Shown here: in pieces, positions 24,360 through 36,381 of the stretch
Position numbering within the stretch: the first letter of the stretch is position 1
Layout: each line of letters opens with the position of its first letter
NCBI RefSeq assembly: GCF_030144855.1
Contig: NC_082715.1
Span: 101,866,001-101,930,000, forward strand
From: Hypanus sabinus
Taxonomy: Eukaryota
Reading direction: 5' to 3'
Length of the DNA stretch: 64,000 bases
Translations under genes and position numbers: made by a program
Notes under the pieces: model-generated
What the model saw: only the letters and a program-made list of their open reading frames with translations
Told to the model about the DNA's origin: nothing
Databases searched by the model: none

Positions 24360-26662
24360 CTGAAAACAGAAAGGGGGAAAAAAAATCATCCATGGAAGCA
24401 GGGGAGAGTAAGCAAACTATAACACTTTTATCCCAGTGCTCGTTGCACTCACACTTCCTCCTGAACTTACACCACTTTCTGCAAATAATCTGAAACTTGG
24501 TGAACATGAAAATCAGATAAAGGCACTCAGTATGTTTTGTGTATCTCATGGTTAAGTGTTGCAGCTTGATGCATTTCCATGCACAGGAATAGGTACTTTC
24601 CCACAAGGTTTCTGTCCTACAGAGATTCTGGAAGAGCACAGCAAATTGGATTTCAACCTCCTCTTTGCTATTATCTCCAAGAACCAGTAATTTAGAGCAT
24701 GCCACTCAGTTATAACCCTTAGTATTTCCCAATGAAAAGACATGGTCATGTGACACCATTGAATGGGTTCTACAGTGGCCCCATGTTAAAGTGTTCTGCT
24801 CATACTTATTATTTAGACTCAGCCATTTAATATGGCCACTTGGGAAAGGTTTAAGAAAGCATCCATTGCTTGTGTAATCATACAGCAGGTTATTTTCAGC
24901 ACCTTTTGAAGATGAAAGGTGAAATATTTGGCCAGGAGGGATGAAATGAATAAAAAAAAACTTTAGAATATTAATAACCCTCCTCCTAAAATATCAGTCT
25001 TTCATAGTGGAAAACAATATATTAGTGGTTTTGTTACAAATTTTTTCATGAATTATTAACAGTGGATCAACAGTTTGTTTAGTAATCAGACCACTTACAA
25101 TTCTTAGACATGAAGGGCCGAGTAAATGTACTTCAAGATTCTGATCAATAACTGGGTTTGTTTCTAACTACTATACATCTCAAAGTTCAAGGTAAATTTA
25201 TTATCAGAGTACATATATCTCACAATATACAACCCTCAATTTGTTTTTCTTGGGGACATACTCAATAACTCCATAATAGAAAAATAACCATAATAAAATC
25301 AATGAAAGACCATACCAGTGTGCAAAAGCCACCCAAGTTGGTTGTTATGAGCTGAAATGATAATAATGATTGGCTTGTCTTGGAAGCTGCATTTTTCTCC
25401 TAGAAGTTATAATGGATCTAGAGATATATTCAGTTAGAAATGGGAGTTTTGTTGGGAGCCTCTCTTCTGACAATGATGTTGATGGTGATGATGATTTTAA
25501 AATTAGAAGAGATTTTTCTTTACATGCTGCATGTTATATTGACTGTCCTTTGTACATACTATTTATTATAAATTACAATAAATTGCACATTGCACATTTA
25601 GATGAAGATGTAACAAAGATTTTTACTTCTCATGTATATGAAGGATGTAAGTAATAAAGTATGTGAAAAGATAAAGATTAGCTTTATTTGTCACGAGTAT
25701 ATCAAAATGTAGTAAAATGAGTTGTTTTGTATGTCAATACAGTCTGAGGATTGTGTTGGGGGCAGCCCACAAGTGTAACCATGTTTCTGGTACCAACATA
25801 GCATGTCCACAACTTACTAAACTAACCAGATGCCTTTATAATATGGGAGGAATACAGAGGAAACCCATTCACATAGCAAAGTTCAAGCTCAAAGCAAATT
25901 TATTATCAAAATACATATACTGTATGTCAGAATATACCCAGAAATTCATTTTCTTAAATAGAAAGAAACTAAACAGAATCAGTGGAAAACTCCACACAAC
26001 AGAGACCAAACTGCAAATACAAGAAGAAAGAGAAAATAAATAAGCAATAAATATCTAGAACATGAGTTGTAGAGTCCTTAAAAATGAGTCCAGAGATTGT
26101 GGGAACAGATAGGTGTTAGGGCAACTGGACTTCAGTTAAGTTATCTCCCTGGTTCAAGAGCCTGATGGTTGAGCAGTAATAACAGTTTGTGAACCTTGGT
26201 AGTGTGGGACTTGAGAGCTCCAGTACCTTCTCTCAGATGGAATGAGTAAAGAAGAGATCATGGTCTGGATGGTGGGGGTCCTTGATGATGGATGCCGATT
26301 TCCTTCGACAGCACTCCTTGTAAATGTACTCAATGCTGTGAAGGACTTTATCTATGCTGGACTGGACTGTATGCACTACTTTTTATAGTTTGTTTTTCTG
26401 TTCGAGAGCATTGGTGTTCCCATATCAGGCAGTGGTGCAACCAGTTTGTATACTCTCCACAGTGCATCTATAGAAGTTTCTCTAAAGTTTGAGATGACAT
26501 GCTGAATCTGTGCAAACTTCTAAGAAAGTAGAAGTGCAGCAGTGCCTTCTCTGTAACGGCAGTAACTTGCTGGACCTAGGGCAGATCCTCAGAAATGATA
26601 ACACCAAGGAATTTGATGTTGCTGTCTCATAGACCTCTTGTTTCTTCCTCCTGTAGTCAATA

Positions 26663-27527
26663 TAGGCAGTCCCCGGGTTACGAACGAGTTCTGTTCCTGA
26701 GTCTGTCTTTAAGTCAGATTTGTACGTAAGTCAGAACAGGTACATCCGGTATTATTTAGCGTCATTTAGTCAAATGGTTGTCTTAGTAGATAGTATATAT
26801 TTTACCTTTCTATGCATATAAAGCACTTAAGAAACTCATGTATTTCAATAATTAAACCACTGCGTTGCTTAGTAATAATTGTAGCTTTCATCAGGGCAGG
26901 GCCTTTCACATGCTCCATTATTCTCACTTTACCCTTTACATGTATCCATTAAAATTGTTCTGATCATTGACCGACTGTAGCCTAACGCTTTTCCAATAAC
27001 CGATGGCATTTCACCTCTTTCCAATTGCTTTATTATTTCCACTTTATTTTCAATCGCGATCGTTTTCCATCAATGGAACAGAAAACTGCAGATTTTATGT
27101 TCTATCGCTGAGCAGCAGTGAACCGTCTGATTGGCCTATCAGTGTTCTCTTTAGGAATTAGTTGACTTGATCAGCATTTCCGATCTGGCTATTGTTCACG
27201 ATCGCACTTAATAAAAAGAATACTGCAGCAGCCACAGGCAGCGGTTCTTGTGCTGCTCCGGGTCCTAAAGTCCACCCGCACTGAGACAGGCTAAATGGGA
27301 CAAGTGAGGGGTGGTGCTGACTGGAAAAGTGGGGGGGGGGGTGAATCCTGCTGAGAAATATTTAAGCCAAATACAAAGTTACACACTCAACACAGTGTTA
27401 ACGGCAACGACTTAATATGGCGGACAGCGTCGTGATCCAACTTAAAATGGCAGACGGTGTTCTCTTCCCTCCATTCGTGAGTACGAGTTGTCCATAAGTT
27501 GGACATTCGTAATTTGGGGACTGCCTG
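26663..27527 (-). mobile_element. Non-autonomous Tigger/pogo-family DNA transposon
   Basis: TIR (C/T)AGGCAGTCCCC..TTACGAA at both ends; TA TSD at 26661-2 and 27528-9. Internal CENP-B/psq HTH remnant (IAIENKVEIIKQLERGEMPSVIGKALGYSRSMIRTIL) at ~26943-27062. Inserted in a Rex1-like LINE. Confidence 0.9.
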
Positions 27528-28119
27528 TAATCAGCTCCTTGGTGTTGCTGACGTTGACTGAGAAGTTGTTGTTGTGGTACCACTCAGACAGGTTCACAAT
27601 CTCCCTCCTATATGTTGATATGACACCATCTTTGAATCAGCCTACAACAGTCATGTCCTCAGCAAACTTCAATATAGCATTGTTCTCCCTCACAATCGTA
27701 AGTATAAGGCCAGTAGAGCAGGGAGCTAAGAAGACAGTCCAGTGGTGCACCTGTGCCGATGATGATTGTGAAGGAGATATTGTTGCCGATCTGTACAGAA
27801 TGGAGTCTGTAAATGAGGAAATCACGGATCCAGTTGACAAGGAGGTACTGAGGCCTAGATCTTGCAGTTTTGATATTACTTTTGAGAGGATGATAGTATT
27901 GAACACAGAGTTGTAGTCAATAAGGAATATCCTGAAGTGTGTATCTTCACTGCCTGGATGTTCCAGAGCTGAGTCGAGAGCCAATAAACTGGCATCTGAT
28001 GTTAATCTGTTATGATGTGGGGAAAGTTCAGGAGATCCAATGTGCTCCTCAGACAGGAGTTGATATGCTTCAACACCAACCTCTCATAGCACTTCATCAC
28101 ACTGGTTCTAAGTGTTACT

Positions 28120-28441
28120 AGATATCTATTCTGCACTCTGGCCTTTTACCTCTTCTCACCTGCCTATGACTTCCCTGAGTCCCCTCCTCCTTCCTTTTCT
28201 CTCATGGTCCACTCTTCTCTCCTATCAGATTCCTTTTTCTTCAGCCTTTATCTTTCCCACCCACCTGGTTTCAGCTATCACCCAGCCATCCTTCCCCTCC
28301 CCCTCGCTTTTTATTCTGGTGTCTTCGCTCTTCATTCTCAGCCCTGAAGAAAGGTCTCGGCCTAAAAGGTCAACTGTTTATTTATTTCCACAGATGTTGC
28401 CTGACCTGCAGAGTTCCTCCAGCATCTTGTGTGTGTTGCAA
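28120..28441 (+). mobile_element. Penelope-like 3' fragment with degenerate hammerhead, nested in a Rex1-like LINE
   Basis: Similar to the reverse complement of 16254-16600; the host LINE resumes on both sides. Confidence 0.75.
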
Positions 28442-29697
28442 TAGTCATTGAGACAGGTTACCATGTTCTTCTTGGGCACTGGTGCAGTTGCAGCCTGCTT
28501 GGAGCAGGTGGGTCTCTCAGACTGCTGGAATGAAAGATTAAAGATATCAGTGAACACACCAGCCAGTTGAGTAGCACAGGTTTTCAGCACTCTACCAGGT
28601 ACCCCATCTCGGCTGGATGCTTTCCGTAAATTCACCCCCCTGAAGGATGCTCTCAAATCACCCTCAGAGACTGATATCACCGGATTATCAGCAGCTTGGA
28701 AGTTCATGAAGGTGCGTCCATGTTTTGACAGTCAAAGTGAGCAAAAAAGGCTATTGAACTCATCTGGGTGTGAAAACGTGTTGTCATATACGTTGCTTGG
28801 CTTCACTTTGTAGGAGTTGATAGCATTCAAGCCCTGCCACAGCTGTCAAGCATCCTTCAGTGATTCACAATTTGTTCCAAACTGCCACTTCACATGTGAG
28901 ATTAGCTTTCCAGAGATCATACCTGGATTTTACTCGGTAGCCTGACCTAAACACCACTGATCTGGCCCTTAGCAGACTGCGAATCTCTTAGTTCATCACT
29001 CTGAATGATTTTTGTTGGGGGACACTTGTCTACAGCTCTCTTTATGAAGACAGTCTGTGACGACTGTAACATATTTGTTCAGATCCTCTGCTGTCATTGA
29101 ACACGGCCCAGCCCATTGACTCAAAGCAAGCCTGTAGCCACTCCTCTGCCTCCCATGGCCACATGTGTGTAAAACATCTGACTCTCCATCAGAATTTGCA
29201 AAGTTCCACAAGCTGGTTGAGATTTCTCTACTCAGGAGTATGTGATAACCTGTTGATTTCTGCTGTTCAGCTGTATACATAAATATACACAAGACACAAC
29301 AGTGCAAACAAGGATTTTCTTCTTTATTCAGTGGACCCATGGACGACCTTTCTGAAACTTTCTAAAGTCATAGAGCAGTTAAACACATGACACAATACTG
29401 AAGTAAGTAACAACCTTAAAGCAACATAACTAATCCAAAACGTTCCAGAGCTTAACAATATTGAGCCTGATTCTAATCCTCAATGTTCACCTAGGCAATG
29501 ACTAATTAGCCAAGTAGAAAAACCCTTATTTTACTGTTCCTGAAATGTTCTCTCTTGCACAAAAAAAATGACATGACACAAGAGTCCCTCCCTCCCCTAC
29601 TCCCCTCAATCGCAGGGCTCTGCAGAGAGTGGTGCGGACAGCCAGCACATCTGTAGATGTGAACTTCCCACTATTCAGGACATATACAGAGACAGGA

Positions 29698-30180
29698 TAC
29701 TGAATACTGCAGTGCGATGATTATTCTATCCTGACTTATGGAAGTGAATGCTGGACCATTTCCCCAGCGATGGAAAAGAGACTGGAAGCAGCTGAATTAT
29801 GGTTCTACGGGAGAATGTTAAAAATATCATGGACAACACACACATCAAATGAAGAAGTTCTCAGAAGAGCCCAAGCAGTTAGATCACTCAATAAGATCGC
29901 TCAGTAAGTTAGATCACACAACAATAAGAGAAAGACAACTCAGATTCCTAGGACATGTCATGCAGAAAGATGAACTAGAAAAACTCATACTCTCTGGAAA
30001 GATCGAGGGGAGCAAACCTAGAGGAAGACCTCGGCTTATGTACGTCAAAAGCCTAGACAGGTGGCTACACATCGAGGAAATGGAAGTCATTCAAATAACG
30101 AAGGATAGGTCTGTATGGAAAACCATGATCACCAACATCCGCATCGGATATGGTATCTAGATAGACAGACAGACAGACAG
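29698..30180 (+). mobile_element. RTE LINE 3' fragment with (GACA)n tail, nested in a Rex1-like fragment (~29605-30495)
   Basis: LTYGSECWT..RMLKISWT..QLRFLGHV..IEGSKPRGRPR; host sequence resumes after the tail. Confidence 0.85.
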
Positions 30181-32257
30181 AGAAAGGGGGCCCAAAGGAT
30201 CATTGGGGACCTGAGTCACCCCAACCACAAATTGTTCCAGCTGCGACCATCCTGGAAATGGTACCACAGCATAAAAACCAGGATCAACAGGCTGTGGGGC
30301 AGCATCTTCCATCAGGCCATCAGACTGATTAATTCACACGGACACAATTGTATTTCTATGCTATATTGACTGTCCTGTTGTACATATTATTTATTACAAA
30401 TGATTATAAATTGCACTTTACACATTCAGAGACATAACGTAAAGACTTTTACTCCTCATGTAGGTGAAGGATGTAAGAGATAAAGTCAATTCAATATTGA
30501 CTATTTACTCTTCTCAACTATTTACCATCTACATTAATGACTTAAAAGAGATGACCCAATCAACCCACAAGTAAATTAATGTCACATTACAAAGTTCCTA
30601 GTACATGAAATATAAAAGGTTAGAATACAACAATATTGACTAATTAGGGCACTAATGGAATGGTGGCCTTTACTGAAAGTATAGAATACAGAAACATTGT
30701 TCCAGCTTTACATGCCACTAATGAGATCACAACTAAAGTATGATGTTCATTTTTGGTCTAAGCATTTAATGAAGGAATCTTTTCTCTTAAACAGTCCGTT
30801 GGAATTAAGGACAACACACTTCCACTTTGGTTTGTTGGTTCTCAGATGACCAATGCAGTCAACGTGGAAAATACTGACTCATTCAGGGATAGGGCAGAAA
30901 GGGGTTGTTTCTCAGGTGTACCTTAATTCTATTGCTTCTGTGTGTTCTTCATACATTGCTACGAGGTTCAGAATAGCAGCAGAGGCAGTGGTAGGGGCAA
31001 ACATATTAGGCACATTTTAAAAACTCTTAGTTAAGCACATGGATGATAGAAAAATGGAGGGCTATGTAAGAGGGAAGGGTTAGATTGATAATACGTTATA
31101 AGGTTGGCACAACATCGTGCTATAATGTTCTACAAAAGGGATCACTGCTGTTTGATACACAAGGAGATTCCTGTCAAATCTGCACTCTTGGTCTTCAATT
31201 AACCAAAAGTTCATGCTGGTAATGTTGAAGATCTTGACTGAACAATGGCTCCCAAGATAAGGGAACTGCTTCACATTTTCCAGGGTCTCACTATGAACCT
31301 TTATCATCAGCAAGCAGCATCAAGTAACAAAGGTGAATTAGTGGACGATTTTTGCTTTACACTGAGGGTAAGGCTCATCCTCTAGTTTGCTTCAGTAGCT
31401 TTGAGCTTAACCAGTGCCTCACCGTTTGGGTTTAGGTAAACTAGGCTCTAACTAGGATGAACCATTTCCCATTAGTTCTGCAGATTAGCTGATCCTACAG
31501 GAAGTTCGTTCAAGGAAACAAGTATGATGATAAAGATTGGAAACAAGCAATATTTTGGACATTGGTCTTCATTAGGATCATGGCATTTGGAAGCAAATGT
31601 AAAATGTGAACAAATTTCTGTGGGCTGCCAAACTTGAGGAGAGTTCTCCAAATGTTCCTCCCAGGTGATGTTGAAGAAGCAACAGAGAGTGGCTGGTGCT
31701 GTTCTCAGTAATTTTCTAGGAGTTGTCATGAAGTAAAACCATATCAATGGTTCTTCTAAATAGATGGAATCAAAACAGCAAATTGTGGGAAATCTGTTCA
31801 GGTATTGAGAGGAAGCTGTTCAGAAAGATCCTGTGATGACTTTTCCCCATGGCAGACATTCCTCTGTAGTTGCCAAAAATGGAGTTTTCATTCTTGATAA
31901 TGGTCACTATTACTGTATCTCTGAGATGACCTGGTATATCTTTCTCTTAACATGGAGTAACTATGGCTCACCAGCAATCACACAATTTCAAAGACCCTGC
32001 TACAATGAGATCCAAAAGAGGATGAGAATGTATCAAGAACAAGGAAGTCAATACAGCAAGAAGCAGCACTTTGAGACCTCCTTATAACTTTGTCTTGCCA
32101 TAACAACATTTTATACGAGATCTATTTTCATTAGAGTCAGTGCAGACAAGTTTCTGTGGGCTGATGAAGAAATTGACATATGAAGAAAGATTAAGCCGGC
32201 AGGGTCTATAGTCTTTGGAGTTTAGTAAAATGAGTAGGAATGTAAGGTTTTGAAGTA

Positions 32258-32508
32258 GATTGAAAGGGATTATGAGGGGAAGTATCCCCTAGTTGGGGGA
32301 TCTGAACAAGGGGTTACAGATTGAAAGGGGCGAAGAGGGCAAGTTTCCCCTAATGGGGGATCTGAACGAGGGGTTACAGATTGAAAGGGACAATGAGGGG
32401 GAGTTCCCCCTAATGGGGGGATCTGAATGAGTGGTTACAGATTGAAATAATGATGAGGGGAAGTTTCACCTAATGGGGGGAGGGAATCTGAACAAGGGGT
32501 TGCAGATT
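32258..32508 (+). repeat. About 60-bp tandem repeat x4 inside a CR1 3' remnant (~32170-32770)
   Basis: Unit agattgaaaggg...aagtttcccctaatgggggatctgaac.aggggttac repeated four times. Confidence 0.9.
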
Positions 32509-33099
32509 CAGAACAAAGCATAGCCCATTTAAGACAAAGATGAAGAGGAACTTCTCTCAGAGAAGTGTGAATCTTTGGAATTTTCTACCCTGGTGAGTAA
32601 AAACTCAAGGCATACTCATACTCTAGGCAGAGAGTGACAAACATTTAAACTACAGGGGTATCAAAGGGTAGGGGTGAGAGCTGAAATGTGTTTTGAGGCT
32701 AAGATTAGACTAGTCATAAACTAATTGAACAGCAGAGGAAAGAGATCAATTGTCCTACACCCCCTCCTAAAGCTTCTATATTCCTTGTTTCCAAGGGAGA
32801 AACCAACAGCATATAAACTTTGTCTCAAGTCCCTGTGAGTTCATTTAATTTTAGCTACAAACTCTACAATTGTATCCAAATTTCCATGGTCGGGAATATT
32901 TTTATTTGGGGAGGGAAAGTTTTCATTCGCACGCTGCTTAAAAGTAGACGGGAGTGTGAATCCTTATCATATTTGGTCATAGCTACCGTCATGATCAGTC
33001 AAATCTCACCACACCATACCCTGGCTCAGGCATAAACAAAGGTAGCTCGAGAGAAAAGGATTCAGTGACTGGAACCAGTTTATAGAATGAGAGGGGGAA

Positions 33100-33600
33100 A
33101 TGCATCAGCGAGACAGTCACAAAATGTACTCGTGACAACCATGAAGAAGGGAGCGAGTGTATTAAATGCGTAACTGTCCCGCATGGATTCCACACAGCCG
33201 GTCAGCTGCTTTCTTCGTACCTTCATCAGGCGAAGTTCCGTTCTCCAGAGCTCCTTCCTCGCCACCGCACTCGGCGTCTCCTCCGTAGGCGAACTCGAGT
33301 CCGATGGAGCCGCATTCGCTGTCCTCCGCCTCCCCGGCACACTCGCTCATCTTACCGCAGCTCTGACAGCGGCGGCTGGGTCACCAGACTGCCTCGACGG
33401 TTTTCACCGTCACCTGATAGTGAGAAACCATGACGAACTTTCAACTCGCCCCCAGAAGACATCCGGTGACAGACGAGGAGACGGAGAGTAACTTCAGAGC
33501 GGACAATTGCGGGCGGGTTGATAGCTTGTGGTGCGGCTACGAGATTTAAAATCCAGTCCTTTACACTGCTTGTTGAAACTACTTTGGGATTCATTCTATG
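33100..33600 (-). promoter_or_regulatory. CpG-island promoter / 5' UTR of RRAGD
   Basis: CpG-rich segment spanning exon 1 and upstream sequence; GC box gggcgg near 33510. Confidence 0.7.
33221..33350 (-). CDS. RRAGD: RRAGD exon 1 (acidic N-terminal tail MSECAGEAEDSECGS...TSPDE)
   Basis: ATG at 33350 inside a CpG island. 130 nt, ends AAG|gtacga in phase 1 and joins exon 2 in frame (G+TT = Val). Confidence 0.8.
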
Positions 33601-36381
33601 TTAAAGAGGAATTGCACAACTTCAGAACACCGCCACACTTTTCCCCACCAACTTTTCTTTGTGCTGATGGAAGTGTGCTATCTTTTGCATTATTGATGTT
33701 GCTGTTGTCTGGGGTTTTTGGGTGGTTGAGGCTAGAGTTTTATTTTATTTTTGTGCTGTTGAGGTGAGTGACGCTGACCTGTAATGTACTTATTTTTAGG
33801 ACGGTTAAATAAATAAGACAATAGGGGGCAGACGGAGGCCATTCTGCCCATCAAGTCTGTCCGGTCTTCAAATATGATCGTGGTTGATGAAGTTAACATA
33901 CATTCCGGTGCAATGAAAGCCTCGCTCGCATGAAGCACAGAGTAAACAGTAACCATGGCAATAATAAATGAGTGCAAACCAGAAGAGTGGTGCAAAGATT
34001 GTAGCGCAACCCGAAGTCGTGCAAAAAGGAAAGCTGACGTAATGTGAGCGAAATAAACAAGCAAGGTAAAGTTAAGACTACAGGAACTTGGCACGGGGTG
34101 TGAAGGAGCTGGCTGGTTCAGACCCCAGGCCTTCTCTCCTGTGCCACGACTCCATTGCCTTCGACTCTCAGATCTTTCCAAAAACATATCTACTATTTTA
34201 CATACCCCAGTGATCAGGCCTCTACACACCTCTGGGATGGACAATTCCGATCTTCACCGTCCTATGCTACTGTTACAGGTACTAACTGATAGAGTATTTC
34301 TTCCTGATGCATTTAGGCTTCTTGAGAATTGGTTGCTGCCTTTCTGACCTCAGAGTTGCTAAATGCTCAGGCAGCACCCAGGCTGAGGCTGCCAGGTGGG
34401 GTAACGTATTCACCCCACAAATTCTTCTTTCAGTCATGGGTAGAGATGCTACTCCTAAAATGTTGCAAACCCCACAACGATACTAGGTTAAAAAAAATCC
34501 AGGACTTTCATTGTGGTTATGAAAGAAATGATTATTGAATGTTATTCTTCTCAGAGCTACTAATGCTGAGAGGAGAATTGTAGAGATCTGATTTAGATAT
34601 TCATTGTAGTTATGTGGAGATGCAGTGCAGAACAGGCCCTTCTGGCCTAACGAGCCACACCATCCAGCAACCCACCTACTAAGCAGTAGCCCAATCACAG
34701 GATCATTTACAATGGCCAATTAACCTTCTAACTGGTTTGCGTTTGGACTGTGGGAGGAAACCCAGAAAGTTACGGGCAGAATGTACACATTCTTTACAGA
34801 CAGTGCCGGAGAAATCTGAGTTGAGTAGATGGAGAGGAGCTGGAAATGGTTCACGTAGAAGAGGACACAGATTTAAAACTTGGGGCAAAAGTGTAAAGGG
34901 AATGTAAAGAAATGTTTTACATTCAAAGAGCTATTATAATCTGGCATTCACTATCTAGAAATGTGGTGGAAAAGGAATCAATCAGTGCCTTCATATGCAT
35001 GTTCAAAGGCTGGGCTCCAAGCCAACATGGATGCTTTCGCCAAACCATGCAAGGGGCTAAAACTCGACGCACACGAGACAAACATCCTCTAGAAACCAAC
35101 CTTTGCTGCTCTCCAACAATACAGGTTCGCATTGAGATCCTGGAGCCGGTAACTCAGGAGCCATCTCTCAGCAAAGGCAGGCTCAAAGAACTGCCTCAAT
35201 ACATGAGCACAGCCTTTTCTGATTAAAGAAAAGATTTGAAAATGGAGACTACAAACCTGGGTAGACCTCCTGGCCCACTGGCCGCAGTGATCCTCTCCCT
35301 AGATGTTACTGAGACTTGGCCTACATACAACAGGTATCTTCTTTCACTGGAAATGATCACCAATTATGTATCCACAAAAATCTTTCAAGAATAAGTGAAC
35401 CAAAATTGGTGTCCTCTCCCAGCCCAAATCCCCAGCACTGAGACCATAGTTATGATTAGTGGGCTCGGCTTGGCACATTTTCTATATGCCCAAAATCAGA
35501 TTCTTGAAATGGACACTCCATTTTAAATGCAGTATTGAGAAGCAATTACCAAGTGGGTAGAGGGAAAGATGCAAGAGTGTGTGTTAAGTCTCCTCTTAAA
35601 AATTGGGAACAACAGCCCCACTGACTCTTCAGAATCTCTGACCTGTAGCCACTCAAAATGATGATGGGTAATACCGAAAATCTCATGGACATGCACTAAG
35701 CACACTACCTCACCAACTACCCACCCACCCACCATGTTGGTCATCATCCACACCAGTTCACATATTAGTCTCATTACCCACCAATGAAGCAACGAAAACA
35801 AAGAGGAAGCAAGTCATACTCAATCACATGGGATTGCCTGAGAAAGATTCATCACACTGTGCAGAAAGAGCGGAGGAACGGTGATTACTCCATTAGAAAC
35901 CAGCATGCCTCCTGTGAGCACCATTGCCTCCTTCTGGGGTGTGAGGATAACTGTTGAGTAGAAACTACAGTGCACCCTGAAGTCTATGCTGGAATAGCAT
36001 AAATATGGTGGAAAATTGACCGTTTCAGATGCTGACCACTCGATTAGAATTATTTCCAATCTGGGCATGAAGGCAAGGCAAGACTTTTGTTTCTGTTCTT
36101 CCCTCATGTACTTATGTATGGAATGATCTGTCAGGATGCATGCAAGTAAAACTTTTCTTGTATCACAGTACATATGACAATTTAAAAAAAGTTACTAAGC
36201 TTTAGTCACAAGTGCTGAGAAGCATGATACTTATACTTGTTTGATTGAAAATGTCCCCTCCTCATCATCATCACCATCTCACCCCCACCCTCTGGTCGTA
36301 TGTTCCTGATGTAAAATGGGCAAACTAATCTATCACTCAGTTGGGTGGGTGAGGTAGTGTTGGTGTGTGAGTCCATGGGCT

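Larger units (their letters stand above)
25880..29280 (-). mobile_element. Long decayed Rex1-like LINE hosting the Tigger and Penelope insertions
   Basis: KASSRDGVPGRVLKTCATQLAGVFTDIFNLS; FLIDYNSVFNTI; LKFAEDMTVVG. Confidence 0.85.

Noticed and set aside
23965-24705. 246-aa ORF as a single-exon gene or N-terminally extended RagD
   Set aside because: Only 24064-24359 is Rag-like and it is bounded by canonical splice sites; the rest is intronic read-through.
5740-33350. Calling the gene RRAGC
   Set aside because: A few RagC-like residues (DDISNSS) are present, but most diagnostic positions (ICR, GQID, DSQ, ARLHL, EKIH, QTY, DIS) and the UBE2J1 neighbour indicate RRAGD.
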